The notes below the pieces were generated by a model. The model was not told the origin of the DNA and did no database searches. It saw only the letters and a list, made by a program, of their open reading frames with translations. Shown here piece after piece: positions 26,291 to 40,639 of a stretch of DNA of 64,000 bases (the first letter of the stretch is position 1; every line of letters begins with the position of its first letter). Position numbers and translations under genes: made by a program. This stretch comes from Octopus sinensis (taxonomy: Eukaryota), in assembly GCF_006345805.1 (NCBI RefSeq), contig NC_043012.1, positions 15,748,001-15,812,000 on the forward strand. The letters are read 5' to 3'.

Positions 26291-26373
<83 letters not shown>

Positions 26374-26431
26374 ATATATATATACGTATTTGTATGTACA
26401 TGTGTGTGTTGTATATATAATATATATATGA

Positions 26432-26763
26432 GGGAAGCACTTCCGTCGGTTACGACGACAAGAGTCCCAGCTGTACGATCAAAAGAACAGTTTGCTTATG
26501 AGATGAACGTGCAAGTGGCTGCACACTCCCAGACACGTGTACGTCTTTTTACATATTTCTCAGGGAGATTCAACGTGACACAGAGTATGACAACGCTGGC
26601 CCCTTGAAATACAGGTACTACTCACTTCTTTTGCCAGCGGAGTGGGCTGGAGCACCGTGAAATAAAGTGTCTTGCTCAAGGAAACAACGCGCCGACGGGA
26701 ATCGAACTCGCGACCCTACGATCACAAGCCGAATACCCTAACCACTAAGCCACGCTCCTTCAC
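26432..26763 (-). mobile_element. tRNA-derived SINE, head E plus tail Y
   Basis: Reverse complement GTGAAGGAGCGTGGCTTAGTGGTTAGGG (A box), GAGTTCGATTCCC (B box), CCTTGAGCAAGACACTTTATTTCACG body. Confidence 0.85.
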
Positions 26764-27088
26764 AATATATATATATATATATATATATATTAACATAGGG
26801 AATAATAATTATTCCAGGTTATCTGGACATTTACTATTTTACACTTTACCAACAATGCAATATAAACAGTATCATTTATAATATTATTACAAATTTGGGA
26901 TTTTACCAAGAGAACCGCAACTCCTGTTTCAGGACAACCTAATAGTATGGAATACACATAGAAAGTTATAAACGATATAATATAATAATATTTTATTATT
27001 ATATTGGATGTAACTTTCTATATGTATTCCATACACTAAGGTTGTCCTGAAATAGTAGTTACGGTTCTATTGGTAAAATCCCAAATTT

Positions 27089-27824
<736 letters not shown>

Positions 27825-27829
27825 TAATA

Positions 27830-27860
<31 letters not shown>

Positions 27861-29038
27861 TATTTATTACACCCCACACCATAAATACACACGCACACAT
27901 ATGTACACGTTCAAGATTTACAAATGCATATGTATGCGCGCTCATTGCTCACGTAGGTAATATAACTCACACATACACGCACATATATGTACATGTATGT
28001 GTACATAGATATATGCGTATATACATGCGTGTGAGTGTATGTATGTGTATATGAGTGTGTGTGTATGTGTGCGTGAGTGTATGTGTGTTGATCGTATAAA
28101 CATGGATTGTATGTCGTGGAGAATGACACAGAAAGGAAGAAAAAGAGGAGGAAGTAAAGTGAAACGAAGCGGAGGAAAGTGTTTCACAGAAGAAAAGTCC
28201 AGTTTGTGAAGTGATAAAGTATTTTCCTTGACGTTAATAAGCAAATGGGTCAACCGATGTTATCAGAGTGTGGGAGATAATTACACCATCAACTTGATCA
28301 CAAATGAGATATCATACACTCTCTTTGGCATTCCTCTCTATTCTAGTATAAGGCCTGAACAGCCGAACAGTTAACAGTCCCATCACCGCCATTGATATCA
28401 TTCATACACAATAAGTATTATCACTATCATCACCATCACCTATTACTACCGCTGTCGAAACCACCACCGCCACCACAGCCGCCACCACCGCTGCCACCGC
28501 CATCGCCGCCGCCGCAAACACCACCACCGTAAACGTATCTCGTGCATCGTTACTAGCACCAATAGTACCCTCTCCAACGCACATACCCCATTAACTTTCT
28601 AGTTCCACCGCTGTTAATGCATTCATTAACACGATCAAGTTACCAACTGGAGGACTTAATGAGGAACTAATGGCTCTACGTATGTGAAATAGTAACCAAA
28701 TCTCCCTCAAATCACCCTCTGACCTCACGTTGTTTGCCATCCACTTGAGAAAATCTTCAACAAGACTTCCCTCCGAATTATGTCATGTCCATCCTCATTG
28801 CAACAATTTTCTGAAGTTTTCATCAATCTTTCATCAGTAACGATCGTCGCACCCGATTTATAAAATTTGAAATAAAGCCTTCTATTCAAAAATTAGTAAT
28901 TTAGCACCCGATGTAGAAGGGTTGTACCAAAACCAATACCTGTAAATTAATGATGTTCTTGCCAAGAATGTATAAACTTTTACGTTGGTATCTCCCGAGA
29001 GACATTAAATCTTCCATGAAAATTTCAACATATACTCT

Positions 29039-29649
29039 CTTTTACTCTCTTACTTGTTTCAGTCATTTGACTGCGGCCATGCTGGAACACCGCCTTTAGT
29101 CGAGGAAATCGACTCCCAGGACTTATTTTTTGTAAGCCTAGTACTTATTCTATCGGTCTCTTTTGCCGAACCGCTTTTTGGCCATGCTGGAACACCGCCT
29201 TTAGTCGAGGAAATCAACTCCCAGGACTTATTTTTTGTAAGCCTAGTACTTATTCTATCGGTCTCTTTTGCCGAACCGCTTTTTGGCCATGCTGGAACAC
29301 CGCCTTTAGTTGAGGAAATCGACTCCCAGGACTTATTTTTTATAAGCCTAGTACTTATTCTATCGGTCTCTTTTGCCGAACCGCTAAATTACGGGGACGT
29401 AAACATACCACCATCGGTGGTCAAGTGATGTTGGGGGGGTGGGACAAACACAGACACACAAACACACACATATATATATACATATATACGACGGGCTTCT
29501 TTCAGTTTCCGTCTACCAAATTCACTCACAAAGCTTTGGTCGGCCCGAGGCTATAGTAGAAGACACTTGCCCAAGGTGCCACGCAGTGGGATTGAACCCG
29601 GAACGATGTGGTTGGTAAGCAAGTTACTTACCACACAGCCACTCCTGCG
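29039..29649 (-). mobile_element. SINE family A with an internal 105-bp triplication
   Basis: The unit starting GGCCATGCTGGAACACC recurs at 29075, 29180 and 29285. Confidence 0.92.
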
Positions 29650-30039
29650 CAAAATTGCTTTTTTTTGAAAAAAAAATATTCATCCAAAGAGAAACTCTCA
29701 GAATTATCTTTGGTCTTTTTTATTTTATTTATTCCTCCTAGACTTAGTTGGTTGGATCAGTATCAATTATTTTCATAATTTCTGTCTTTCAACAGTAACT
29801 TGACCGACGTTTCCTTTCTTATCAAGCATCTCTTCTGTTGTCCTGACAGCCATAGCCAGGTCGTCAGCAGATTCTAGATCAGCTGGAGTCTTATTACTCG
29901 TCTACTTTATTCCACAAACTCTTCTTCCCTGCAAAACTTTCAATTACCATGGAAATACTTGAATCATATTGTGGATAAGACTGAATTTCATTAAACAGAG
30001 GAGCAAGGAATATCAGAGTAGTGTATCAGTCAATATCCA

Positions 30040-30145
30040 GGGCGGCGAGTTGGCAGAAACGTTAGTACGCCGGGCGAAATGCGTAACCGTATTTCGTCTG
30101 CCGTTACGTTCTGAGTTCAAATGTATATATATGTATATATATATA

Positions 30146-30187
<42 letters not shown>

Positions 30188-30410
30188 ATGTGTGTGTGTG
30201 TTTGTGTGTCTGTGTTTGTCCCCCTAGCATTGCTTGACAACCGATGCTGGTGTGTTTACGTCCCCGTAACTTAGCGGTTCAGCAAAAGAGACCGATAGAA
30301 TAAGTACTGGGCTTACAAAGAATAAGTCCCGGGGTCGATTTGCTCGACTAAAGGCGGTGCTCCAGCATGGCCGCAGTCAAATGACTGAAACAAGTAAAAG
30401 AGAGAAAGAG
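30040..30410 (+). mobile_element. Chimeric SINE: family B head plus family A microsatellite and 3' half
   Basis: GGCGGCGAGTTGGCAG...GAGTTCAAAT is followed directly by (TA)n/(TG)n and the family A 3' body and tail. Confidence 0.85.
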
Positions 30411-30733
30411 ATATCGAAATTGAAGAAAATATTCCACCAAAAGAATGAGACCTAGGTATTGAAAGGAGGGTGATCACGCAAGCTAAGGTCACAAATGCTG
30501 TGACGGAATTAAAATATTATAAAGCATCAGTGGTAAATTGATTCACATCTGAAACAGTAAAAACTGACGGTATCATAACACTTTGCTGTACTAAATTGTG
30601 TTCTCTAAATTGCATTAGAAGTACAGATAAAATGTCCATAGGTAAAATACAGGTAAAATGGAAAAAAGTTATACGTAAATAATTAGGACAAGAAACTTGC
30701 TTAATTTTGTCGAGAGGTATTACTTTGTTACCT

Positions 30734-30910
30734 GCTTCTTTACTACTCACAAGGGGCTAAACACAGAGAGGACAAACAAGGACAGACAAACGGATTAAGT
30801 CGATTATATCGACCCCAGTGCGTAACTGGTACTTATTTAATCGACCCCGAAAAGATGAAAGGCAAAGTCGACCCCGGTGGAATTTGAACTCAGAACGTAG
30901 CGGCGGACAA
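30734..30910 (-). mobile_element. 5'-truncated SINE B1
   Basis: Core and tail match. TTGTTACCT is duplicated at 30725-30733 and 30921-30929. Confidence 0.85.
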
Positions 30911-30969
30911 AATAATTACATTGTTACCTATTGTCATGAAAGTGTCCTGTTAAGTAATTTTAAGCGGAA

Positions 30970-31250
30970 TTGAGTCCAAAGTTACGGGGATGTCAACACA
31001 CCAGCATCGGTTGTCAAGCGATGTTGGGGGGACAAACACAGACACACAACCACACACACACTTATACATACATATACATGTATACGACGGATATCTTTCA
31101 GTTTCCGTCCACCAGATCCACTCACAAGGTTTTGGTCGACCCGAGGCTATAGTAGAAGACACTTGTCCAAGGTGCCACGCAGTGTGACTGAACCCGGAAC
31201 CATGTGGTTGCTAAGCAAGCTACTTACCACACTTCCACTCCTGCGCCTAT
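30970..31250 (-). mobile_element. SINE family A, 3'-truncated
   Basis: Reverse complement matches the head and body of 9487-9884. Confidence 0.88.
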
Positions 31251-31282
31251 ACTGTAACTTCCTCTCGCTATTTCTATTAATA

Positions 31283-32085
31283 ATATCGGTTTCAAATTTT
31301 GGCATAAGACCAGCAATTCAGGGGAGGAGATAAATCGATTACATCAACCCCAGTGCTTGTACTTATTTTATTGATCCCGAAAGAAAGAAACGCAAAGTCA
31401 ACCTCGGCGGAATTTGAAGTCAGAACGTAGAGACGGACAAAATGCTGCTAAGCATTTTGTCCGGTGTGCTAATGATTCTGCCAGCTTGTTGCCTTAATCT
31501 TACTAGTAATATTGGTTTCAAAATTTGCCACAAGAGCAGCGATTTTGGGGGAAGGGATGAGTCGATTCTATTGACCCCAGTGTTCAACTGGTACTTATTT
31601 TATCGACCCCGAAAGGATGAAAGGCAAAGTGAACCTCGGCGGAATTTGAACTCCAAACGTAGTGACGGGCGAAATACCTATTTCTTTACTACCCACAAGG
31701 AGCTAAACACAGCGGAGACAAACAAGGACAGACAAACGGATTAAGTCGATTATATCTGAGTTCAAATTCCGCCGAGGTCGACTTTGCCTTTCATCCTTTC
31801 GGGGTCGATTAAATAAGTAGCAGTTACGCACTGGGGTCGATATAATTGACTTAATCCGCTTGTCTGTCCTTGTTTGTCCCCTCTGTGTTTAGCCCCTTGT
31901 GGGTAGTAAAGAAATAGGTATTTCGTCTGCCGTTACGTTCTGAGTTCAAATTCCGCCGAGGTCGACTTTGCCTTTCATCCTTCCGGGGTCGATAAATTAA
32001 GTACCAGTTGCGTACTGGGGTCGATGTAATCGACTGGGCCCCTCCCCCAAAATTCCGGGCCTTGTGCCTGGAGTGGAAAAGAATA
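31283..32085. mobile_element. Cluster of five family-B SINE pieces in both orientations
   Basis: B2(-) 31283-31490; B2(-) 31510-31678; B1 tail(-) 31679-31755; B1(+) 31756-31916; headless B(+) with a third tail 31917-32085. Confidence 0.85.
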
Positions 32086-32906
32086 CTCTGCTCTGTAACT
32101 TCCTCCGATTAAATATCAAGAAGTATTCTTTTTATACGCAACCGTGTTGCCTGTATACACGGCCCTCGTCTTTGTCTGGCTGAATATAACTAAGAAATGA
32201 AAGCTTTGGTTTTTTTCAAGCCTTGTCTTGTATCTACCATCACGTTGTAACTATTGTTTATATTATTGATTTTGTTACTCTTATTGCTACTGTTTTATTG
32301 TCTTATTGTTGGTGGTCATTAATATACATGTCAGCCTCACCAACTTCAACCTGTCGTTGCCATTATTTACAATACGGCTACCATTTCCATTGAAGGAGTC
32401 TACTTTTATTACAGTCTTAGTAGCTATTATTAAACATCTTGTTTGTCAAGTATCGTTTGTAGAAAAATAACCACGATAAAATTTGATCTTGCTTACCTGA
32501 ACTTATTTGAATAAACTAGGATTGTCTCTGATAGTTCCTGCATTTGGCTTTGTACGTGTATTTTGATTGCAATGTTTACTTTTGACACTCTGATATTACC
32601 ACATGGTGGTAAAAAATTCTTACCATGAAAATAGCTTAATTAGATCCTTGGTATTGTCTTGTATCACTGAAATATTGGTCGAGTATAAATTTTGTATTCT
32701 AGTTGTTTTGCTATTCGAGTGATTGTTATCTTAGTTAACTCTCTCTTCCTGTTGCGGTTCATGTCGCTATATTTCCCAAGGTGATGAAACCACCATAACC
32801 TACAGATCAACAGCTGATAATCAGTGACACCTGTCTTTTTTATGTCTGGTTTATCTTGATTTTGTTTCTGTGCCTTGTGATTTCTATCTCCACTATGCCT
32901 ATCTCG

Positions 32907-32949
<43 letters not shown>

Positions 32950-33129
32950 CACACACACACACAGACACACACACACACACATACACACACACACACACAT
33001 TAATGTTAATGGTGATGAACTGGAGAAAAAAGTACTCAATATGGGATGGGAGTTTTACTGAATTATATTGTACATACACATAGACTCATCAGCACAAACC
33101 TATATCACTGATATAAATAGCTCCGTCAG

Positions 33130-33183
<54 letters not shown>

Positions 33184-33455
33184 ACACACGCACATTCATT
33201 TTCAGAAGACTCGCCAGTCAATAGAAGTTTGGAAAATTACCTGCTAATCATAAAAAAAGGTAATTATCTCTTTTCAATGAAACGAATACTTACTTTCGCA
33301 AAACTCGGCATTTTTAAATGGCAGCCATTGTTTTGCTGTTGTTGTTGCTGATATTGTTGATGGACTGACGTTGTTATTAACAACCGCCACGATGAAGAAT
33401 AATGGAAGAATGATGTACCTACATAAACCATGTATATTTATACATACATGTATAT

Positions 33456-33505
<50 letters not shown>

Positions 33506-33562
33506 AAGGCACACACGCACATACATACATATATATATATATATTTACTCATATATATATAC

Positions 33563-33621
<59 letters not shown>

Positions 33622-34929
33622 CGAGGTGATATCAAAATGTTCCCAGACTAATTCTGTTAACGCGCCAACAGTTAGTGGCACACGACGGTTGCGTGTGCAG
33701 TGAGAGATAGCAGTGATCTCCATTTTGCTGAGTGTCGAGTGACGTCACTGTGCTTACTTAGCAAGTTGTGAAATTTGTGATTTTGTGATCACGTGTACGC
33801 TGTAGTCTGCGAGTTTGTCATGGATTAGAAGTTGGAATAAAGGGCCCACGGGAAATTTTGCATTACACCTGGGAAGTCTGCTACAGAGATATTGAGCATG
33901 CTTCGGTAAGCTTACGGCGGTGAGGCAATGAGTTGCACACAATGTTTCGAGTGGCATGGACACTTCAAAAGCGGAAGGACTTCTCTGGAGGACAATGGGC
34001 GATCTGGAAGATCTGCCACGAGAATCATCCTCGGAAATGTGGAAAAAATCCATCAGCCTGTACACGAGAATTATCAGAAGACAATCAAAGACATTGCTGA
34101 TGTTGTTTGTCGTATGGGTCTATGCAGGCAATCTTAACGTCTGAATTGAACATGCGGAGTGTCTGCAAAATTTGTTCCCCGCCTGATGACCACTGAGCAG
34201 AAAGAACATCACCTCAAAGTCTGTCAAGATCTCCGTCAGTGTTCTGCCGATGACCCATCTTTCATGTCGAGGATCGTCAACGGTGTCGAGAGTTACGACT
34301 ACGGGTACGACACTGAGACGAAACAACAGTTGTGACAATGGAAGAGCCCTCTCTCTCCGCAACCGCAGAAAACACGACAGAACCGCAACTCATCGTTTTT
34401 TTTTTTTTTGACATCCGTGGTATTGTGAATCGAGAATTCGACCCTCAGAACCAGACCGTTGATCGAAAGTTCTACTGAGACGTTTTGAAGCGTTTGTGGG
34501 TGGACATTCGGCGAAAGCAACCAGATCTGTGTAGCGGGAAAAATTGGATTCTCCACGACGGCAATGTACCCTAACACCGAGCTCTCCTCCCTTGTGAGTT
34601 TCTCGCCAAGAACAACATGATTTCGCTTCCGCACTAGCCATATTCGCCAGATTTAGCACCTGCGGACTTCCATATCTTCCCCCAAATGAATATGCAGCTC
34701 AAAGATTACCACTGTAACATCGTTATCAGCATCAATAGCGAATAGCAGAAGGTGCTCGATTCGCTCATGGGAAACTACTTTCAGGCCGGATTCCAAAAGT
34801 AGCAGGAACGCCGGAACCGGTTTATAGCTGCGCATGGTAACTATTTCGAAGGAGATGATGTGAAAACTTAGGTAAATAAATTATTTTTTAATAACCATAA
34901 CTAATCCTGGAACTTTTGATACCACCTGT
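33622..34929 (+). mobile_element. Decayed near-full-length mariner transposon (same family as 24607-25794)
   Basis: TIRs CGAGGTGATATCAAAA / reverse complement of TTTTGATACCACCT. Remnants MSCTQCFEWHGHFKSGRTSLED, AKFVPRLMT, ILHDGNVP, YSPDLAPADF with many stops and frameshifts. Confidence 0.9.
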
Positions 34930-35070
34930 CGCGCGCGCACACGCACTCACGCACACACATTGTTGTAATTGAAGGTGTATGTATATATGTATACGTATTT
35001 AGATATGTCCAGGAGAGTCATTATGCCAATAATAGACCAATAATAAATGCACGCACTGATTCTATCATTT

Positions 35071-35312
35071 GTGGAGGCGCGTGGCTTAGTGGTTAGGGTG
35101 TCAGCATCATGATCGTAAGATTGTGGTTTCGATTCCTGGACCGGGCGACGCGTTGTGTTCTTGAGCAAAACACTTCATTTCACGTTGCTCCAGTCCACTC
35201 AGCTGGCAAAAATGAGTAACGCTGCGATGGACTGGCGTCCGGTCCAGCTGGGGAACACACACGCCATAGAAATCGGGAAACTGGGCCCTTGAGCCTGGCT
35301 AGGCTTTAAAAG
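35071..35312 (+). mobile_element. tRNA-derived SINE, head E plus tail X
   Basis: A box GTGGCTTAGTGG, B-box-like GTTTCGATTCC, body CTTGAGCAAAACACTTCATTTCACG, tail GCTGCGATGGACTGGCGTCCGGTCCAG. Confidence 0.85.
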
Positions 35313-35993
35313 GGCGCATTTATTCTTTTATTCACTATCATTTACTTGTCAATTGGTTAAATATTCAACCAGTTAATTATTCGGTTGCTTGACTTACAGT
35401 TTGGTCAATTATTCAGCCAATTAGATTTGTCAAAGCCTTTCCTAGGCATTCGCGACCTCATCAGTACCACGTCTTTTATATTCCAGGTCTGCTTCAGGGC
35501 TGTCTGCCTGTGTCTTTCCAGGTTCTATATTTATGCTGCTGTATAGGTTGTGAATGAGCTTGTAGGTGAGAGAGGAAATGGGAGAGAGAGAGAAAGAGAG
35601 ATCGGGTGCGTGTACGTGCGTGTGCGCGCGTTTGTGTGCGGATGCATGCTTATGTAGTATAATGGATCCTGTGAACAAGTGAATTAGACAGAACATGCGT
35701 GAAGTGTGTGTGTGTGTGTGGGTGGGGTGGGGGTGCGCGTGTGCGTGCATGCGATCATACAATGTGTATGGTTTGGAAAATTTCTGAAAGGTGTGGATCA
35801 ACTGTGAAAATGGGAAAAGTAGGTTAGTTATTAAAATGTATGGAAGGATAAACCACATCATATATTAGGAAGAAAGCTTGGAATCTAGCGGAAAGAATGG
35901 AGAAACAATTGGGAAGAATAATGTGATAAGAAACCTACGTTGATACTCTACCAGCATACTAAAGTTAAACATGATGGTATGCTAAATAACATA

Positions 35994-36560
35994 CACTACC
36001 ATCAGAAATTAATTAGCACCCTTGATTTGCTCACCATGAAGCATGGTGGGGGTGGTCTGATGGTGTGAGGGGTGTTCAGCTACAGTGGTGTTGGGCGGCT
36101 CTATGCCGTCGAAGGCAACATCAACGCAGCAAAGTACGTTGAGATAGTATGGGATACCTCTTTGGTGGCGAGGAGTACGTGCTGGCCAGTCACCTGACCT
36201 GAACCCTATTGAGAACCTCTAGAGTCGATTGGGTAGGGATTTGAATGTGCAGCAATACAGGAACCGACACGAGCTGTTTGGGGCACTTCTTGCTGCATGA
36301 GGGGCCATCCCTGCACAGTACCTGCAGGCACTCATAGACAGCATGCCGACCCGCGTAGCAGCTGTCATTGCTGCCAAAGGAGGAGCAACAAGATATTGAC
36401 TAAATTTCACGATTAATAACAATTATGTGGTGTGCTGGGATATGTTTTAATAAATTTTTGATTAAAAACGAGTTCGTTTCCGATAATAAGTTAATTAAAT
36501 TAAGAAAATGTAAGAAAATGTAGAAATTTGAGAAGTGCTAATTAATTTCCGACGCAAGTG
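35994..36560 (+). mobile_element. Internally deleted Tc1-family transposon
   Basis: TA-flanked TIRs CACT....TC(A/G)GAAATTAATTAGCAC. Transposase remnants KHGGGGLMV, SPDLNPIENL, LIDSMPTRVAAVIAAKGGATRY*. Confidence 0.9.
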
Positions 36561-37932
36561 TAGGCATAAAGAACTTATCAATACATTCTTTACGACAGCT
36601 ACAGGAGATTAAATTAGTAAATGGCAACCGTCACTTAATTAAAAAAATATACTCTTAACATATAGAGATCGCACCACTGCTGCCACCTCTCACAAAAAAA
36701 GAGAAAGAATAGAAAAGGGGAGAAAACTCCAAGCGATACATGATCATCTATGAATCGACAAGTATACGCCTGCCTGTATGAAAAATACAACCTAAATAGG
36801 ATACTGCGGAGAACATGTCAACTTCCCCTACCCCGCCACCACTTCAAGGAAAAGAAAAGACATGAAATATAGAATTATTGGTTGTCATACATAGATTGAT
36901 GCGTGTGTCAAATTAATAAAGACTAGCACTATGACCAGCAACACCGGGTCATAGTGCTAGTGCATGCATACACAGCTGCGTGCGTGCGCACATACACGCG
37001 AGTACTGTCCAAATCTCCAACCAATCACTTACAGCTGGCTGACATTCAATTGGTGTATCAAGTTTCGGGCATTTTGATTGGGTTTTGGATAGAAAATTCA
37101 CAAAAAGTCACTTCTATTGATTTTTTAATGGCTTTTCAGGGTAACTGGGGACAGTTTAAAATGACCATAGAAAGTGCGAGCCCTCTAACTGAAAACTTGT
37201 GGATTTGTATAAAGGACTCACACACGGAGAGACATTTTGCCGTTTATATATAAAGAAATACACTGGAGTGTCAGATAACGTACATTGATAGATTAGTAAA
37301 CTTACATTTGCTTTTGCTATGCCTGTGCGAAACTATATGCTTTGCGTGCGAAGTGGCGAAGTGAAATTCGTCAGTACTCATAGTCTTTATTTCTTTAAGT
37401 TATTTGCATAACAAATGAAGAGTCGTTTAATAGTTCAATCTGTACCATCACCAAAACAAGTAAAATCCACAGAACTATATACGTACATGCACGCATCGAG
37501 CCCTCTCCCTTACACAGTCCAGTCAAAAAGACATTAGCAGTCATCATAAGAAATATACAGCCGTTTCAAATATCGACAATCTTTCACAACGCCACGCTAC
37601 TCTCATACATGCAAATATACACACATGCACACACGCAAACGTGAACGCACGCACACTCACACACACACACATACGCAGATAAGCACATGATCTCTCTAGC
37701 ACACTTACAGGATCCACTATTCTACAGAAACGCAAATCCCTATACACACACATATATACACACGTTTGCACGAACGCGCATTCATACACACGCTCTTTCT
37801 TTCCATCTCTTCCTCCTTCTCTCATATATATTCTCATGCACATCCTTATAAATATAAATGTAGAAACCAGCAAACTAAGAGACTGTCAGACCTGATGCCG
37901 ACCTGGACTAGAAACGGTATGATATTGATACA

Positions 37933-38163
37933 GGCGGCGAGCTGGCAGAATCGTTAGCACGCCGGGCGAAATGCTTAGCGGTATTTCGGCTGCCGTTACG
38001 TTGTGAGTTCAAATTCCGCCGAGGTCGACTTTGCCTTTCATCCTTTCGGGGTCGATAAATTAAGTACCAGTTAAGCACTGGGGTCGATGTAATCGACTTA
38101 ATACCTATGTCTGTCCATGTTTGTCCTCTCTATGTTTAGCCCCTTGTGGGTAATAAAGAAATA
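37933..38163 (+). mobile_element. SINE B1, full length
   Basis: 19-bp TSD GGTATGATATTGATACAGG at 37916-37934 and 38164-38182. Confidence 0.93.
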
Positions 38164-38579
38164 GGTATGATATTGATACAGGATCGTGAAGGGGGACGAA
38201 AGGATGCTGACAAACACAACTAATTGATCGACCGAACGATAAATCAAAAATCGATTGGTTAATTGGGTAAGTAGTTCACCAATCGACAAATAAATCATAA
38301 AGAAGTGAAACTGATCTAAATCGTGTTTTTTTTTTTTTGGCATAATGATCCTCCCGAGATACAACAGAATTTGTTTGAATACACGAGTTCACACTAAGAA
38401 CCATGCAGGGCAAATAGAAAAACGATATACAGGCCCAGTTTATGATTTAAATCATTAGAAACTCTTCTTGTATACCTCCACCTTCTTCTTCTTGTATACC
38501 TTCTTGTTCTATAAAGAACAAGTCGAAACTATCATGTTCTCTATGTAACAACCACCTGTGTATATAAACAAACTTACAT

Positions 38580-38734
38580 TTACATTATTTACATTTGACG
38601 GATATTTGTCCTGACCTTGTTAACACAAATAGTCGGCTGATATACCCTCCAGCCTTCATCAGGTGTCATGGGAACATTTCGAAACCGGGTTCTCATTCCT
38701 AAGGTATTTTCCGATGTTGTTGTTGTTGTTGGTG

Positions 38735-38802
<68 letters not shown>

Positions 38803-38827
38803 TCACTGCCTGGAATTGAACTCGGAT

Positions 38828-38891
<64 letters not shown>

Positions 38892-39090
38892 TAATAATGA
38901 TAACATCGGAAAATACCTTAGGAATGAGAACCCAGGTTCAAAATTTCCCCAAGACACCTGATGAAGGCTGGGGGGGGGGATATAGGCCGAAACATTGTGT
39001 TAACAACAAACAAGATGAGGACAAATATCCGTCAAATGTAAATAATGTAAATAATGTACATAATTCCTCATCTCTTAAATATAGAACTGT
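38580..39090. mobile_element. Inverted pair of short hammerhead-bearing repeats separated by (TTA)n/(AAT)n
   Basis: 38580-38715 is the diverged reverse complement of 38905-39050, and both contain GACACCTGATGAAGGCTGG. Confidence 0.8.
38953..39001 (+). ncRNA. Degenerate minimal type I hammerhead ribozyme
   Basis: GACAC-CTGATGA-AGGC..GGCC-GAAAC-ATT-GTGTT. Stem I (ACAC/GTGT) and the core are intact, but the stem III palindrome is mutated. The antisense twin (38622-38667) has lost GAAA. Confidence 0.55.
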
Positions 39091-39618
39091 ATAAACTTTA
39101 CATTTGTTTTTTAGAAGCGAATGTGTATCGTACGACATGGACAAGACAGTGATATGTCGAACGCAGTATCGACGTTAAAACAGCAGAAAAGTTGGGTGAT
39201 ATCACCGCTGTCTTGTCCAAGATAATGCCATATAAGGATAGAAGATAAAAATCTCGAAATTTTTATGGCTTAATTTTTCTTCATAGAACTCTTCCTACAA
39301 TTGCGTAAAATATTATTTTCCTCCCGCCAAATGCTTCTCTGGATATGAGGAGGAAGTACTGCTCTACCGGGTGAATAATTCATTTAATTGCAAGGCAAAC
39401 CCAACAAAAACAACAACAACAACAACAATAAATACTACACTTAAACGCGCCATTTTATGGTTTAGGAGTGTGTATACATACATAGTTACACACACATACA
39501 TACATACATACATACATACATACATACAAACATATATATTTATATTTATACATACACACATACATACTCACATACATATAAGCATGTGTCTATCTCAATT
39601 TTCCATCCATTTCTCTGC

Positions 39619-39662
<44 letters not shown>

Positions 39663-39745
39663 TTTCTATCTATCTTCAAATTAATACACACGTAAATATG
39701 TACATGCATCTATGTGTGTGTGGTATTATTATATATATATATATA

Positions 39746-39785
<40 letters not shown>

Positions 39786-40639
39786 GTAAATAATACATAT
39801 AAAATATCCACACGCATACACATAAATGTGTAAATCTAGTTGTCCTCTACCATCGGTAACTATGTTTCCGGTCAATAATTATCGCCATTTCCGTTTTCAG
39901 TGCTTTCTGGCAAAGCGTATCACCACACCGTTAGATGACCACGTACTAACACACAGACCTACAACCACACACCCGCAGCCACACACACATATATATATAT
40001 ATACACATACACACATACACACATACACACACACACACAGACACACACACACACACACATATACACACATACACACATACACACACACATATACACACTC
40101 ACACTCACTCTCTCCTGAATGAAATCGTCACACAGTTAATCTACATCGAATGTTTATCTAAATGCAAGCAGCTTTGTGTATGGACAAACATTGCAAAATG
40201 TGAGTATATATTTATATATGCTTCATACATACACAGATAGATTTACATGCGTAGATTTAATCTATCCATAGCCATATGAATATGTGCTTTAATCGAGTTC
40301 TTAAAACATAGAATTTCCTGTGCACACAGACTTTCGATTTGCTTGAAATTGTAAACAAAATTATCTCAAGCCACGCTGTGTCTTCATTAAAAAAGGAAGA
40401 TCTCATTGTATATTAATAATCTTGTTGAGTTTTCAAATCTAAAAAGTCAGGATGGTTAGTGTTGAAACACGTCTGATTATAGGTCTGACTGATCACAGCT
40501 GTAACAGCTAGAACAACAGCAACAACACCGACAACAACAAAAACAACCAGCACGCAAACACCCCCACCACCACCACCACCTCCTCCTCCTCCTCCTCCTC
40601 CACACAACAACAATAACAACAACAACAACAGCAGTAGCA

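Noticed and set aside
33050-35470. Other minus-strand CTGATGA words (~33087, ~35460)
   Set aside because: No compatible stem II-GAAA-stem III arrangement was found.
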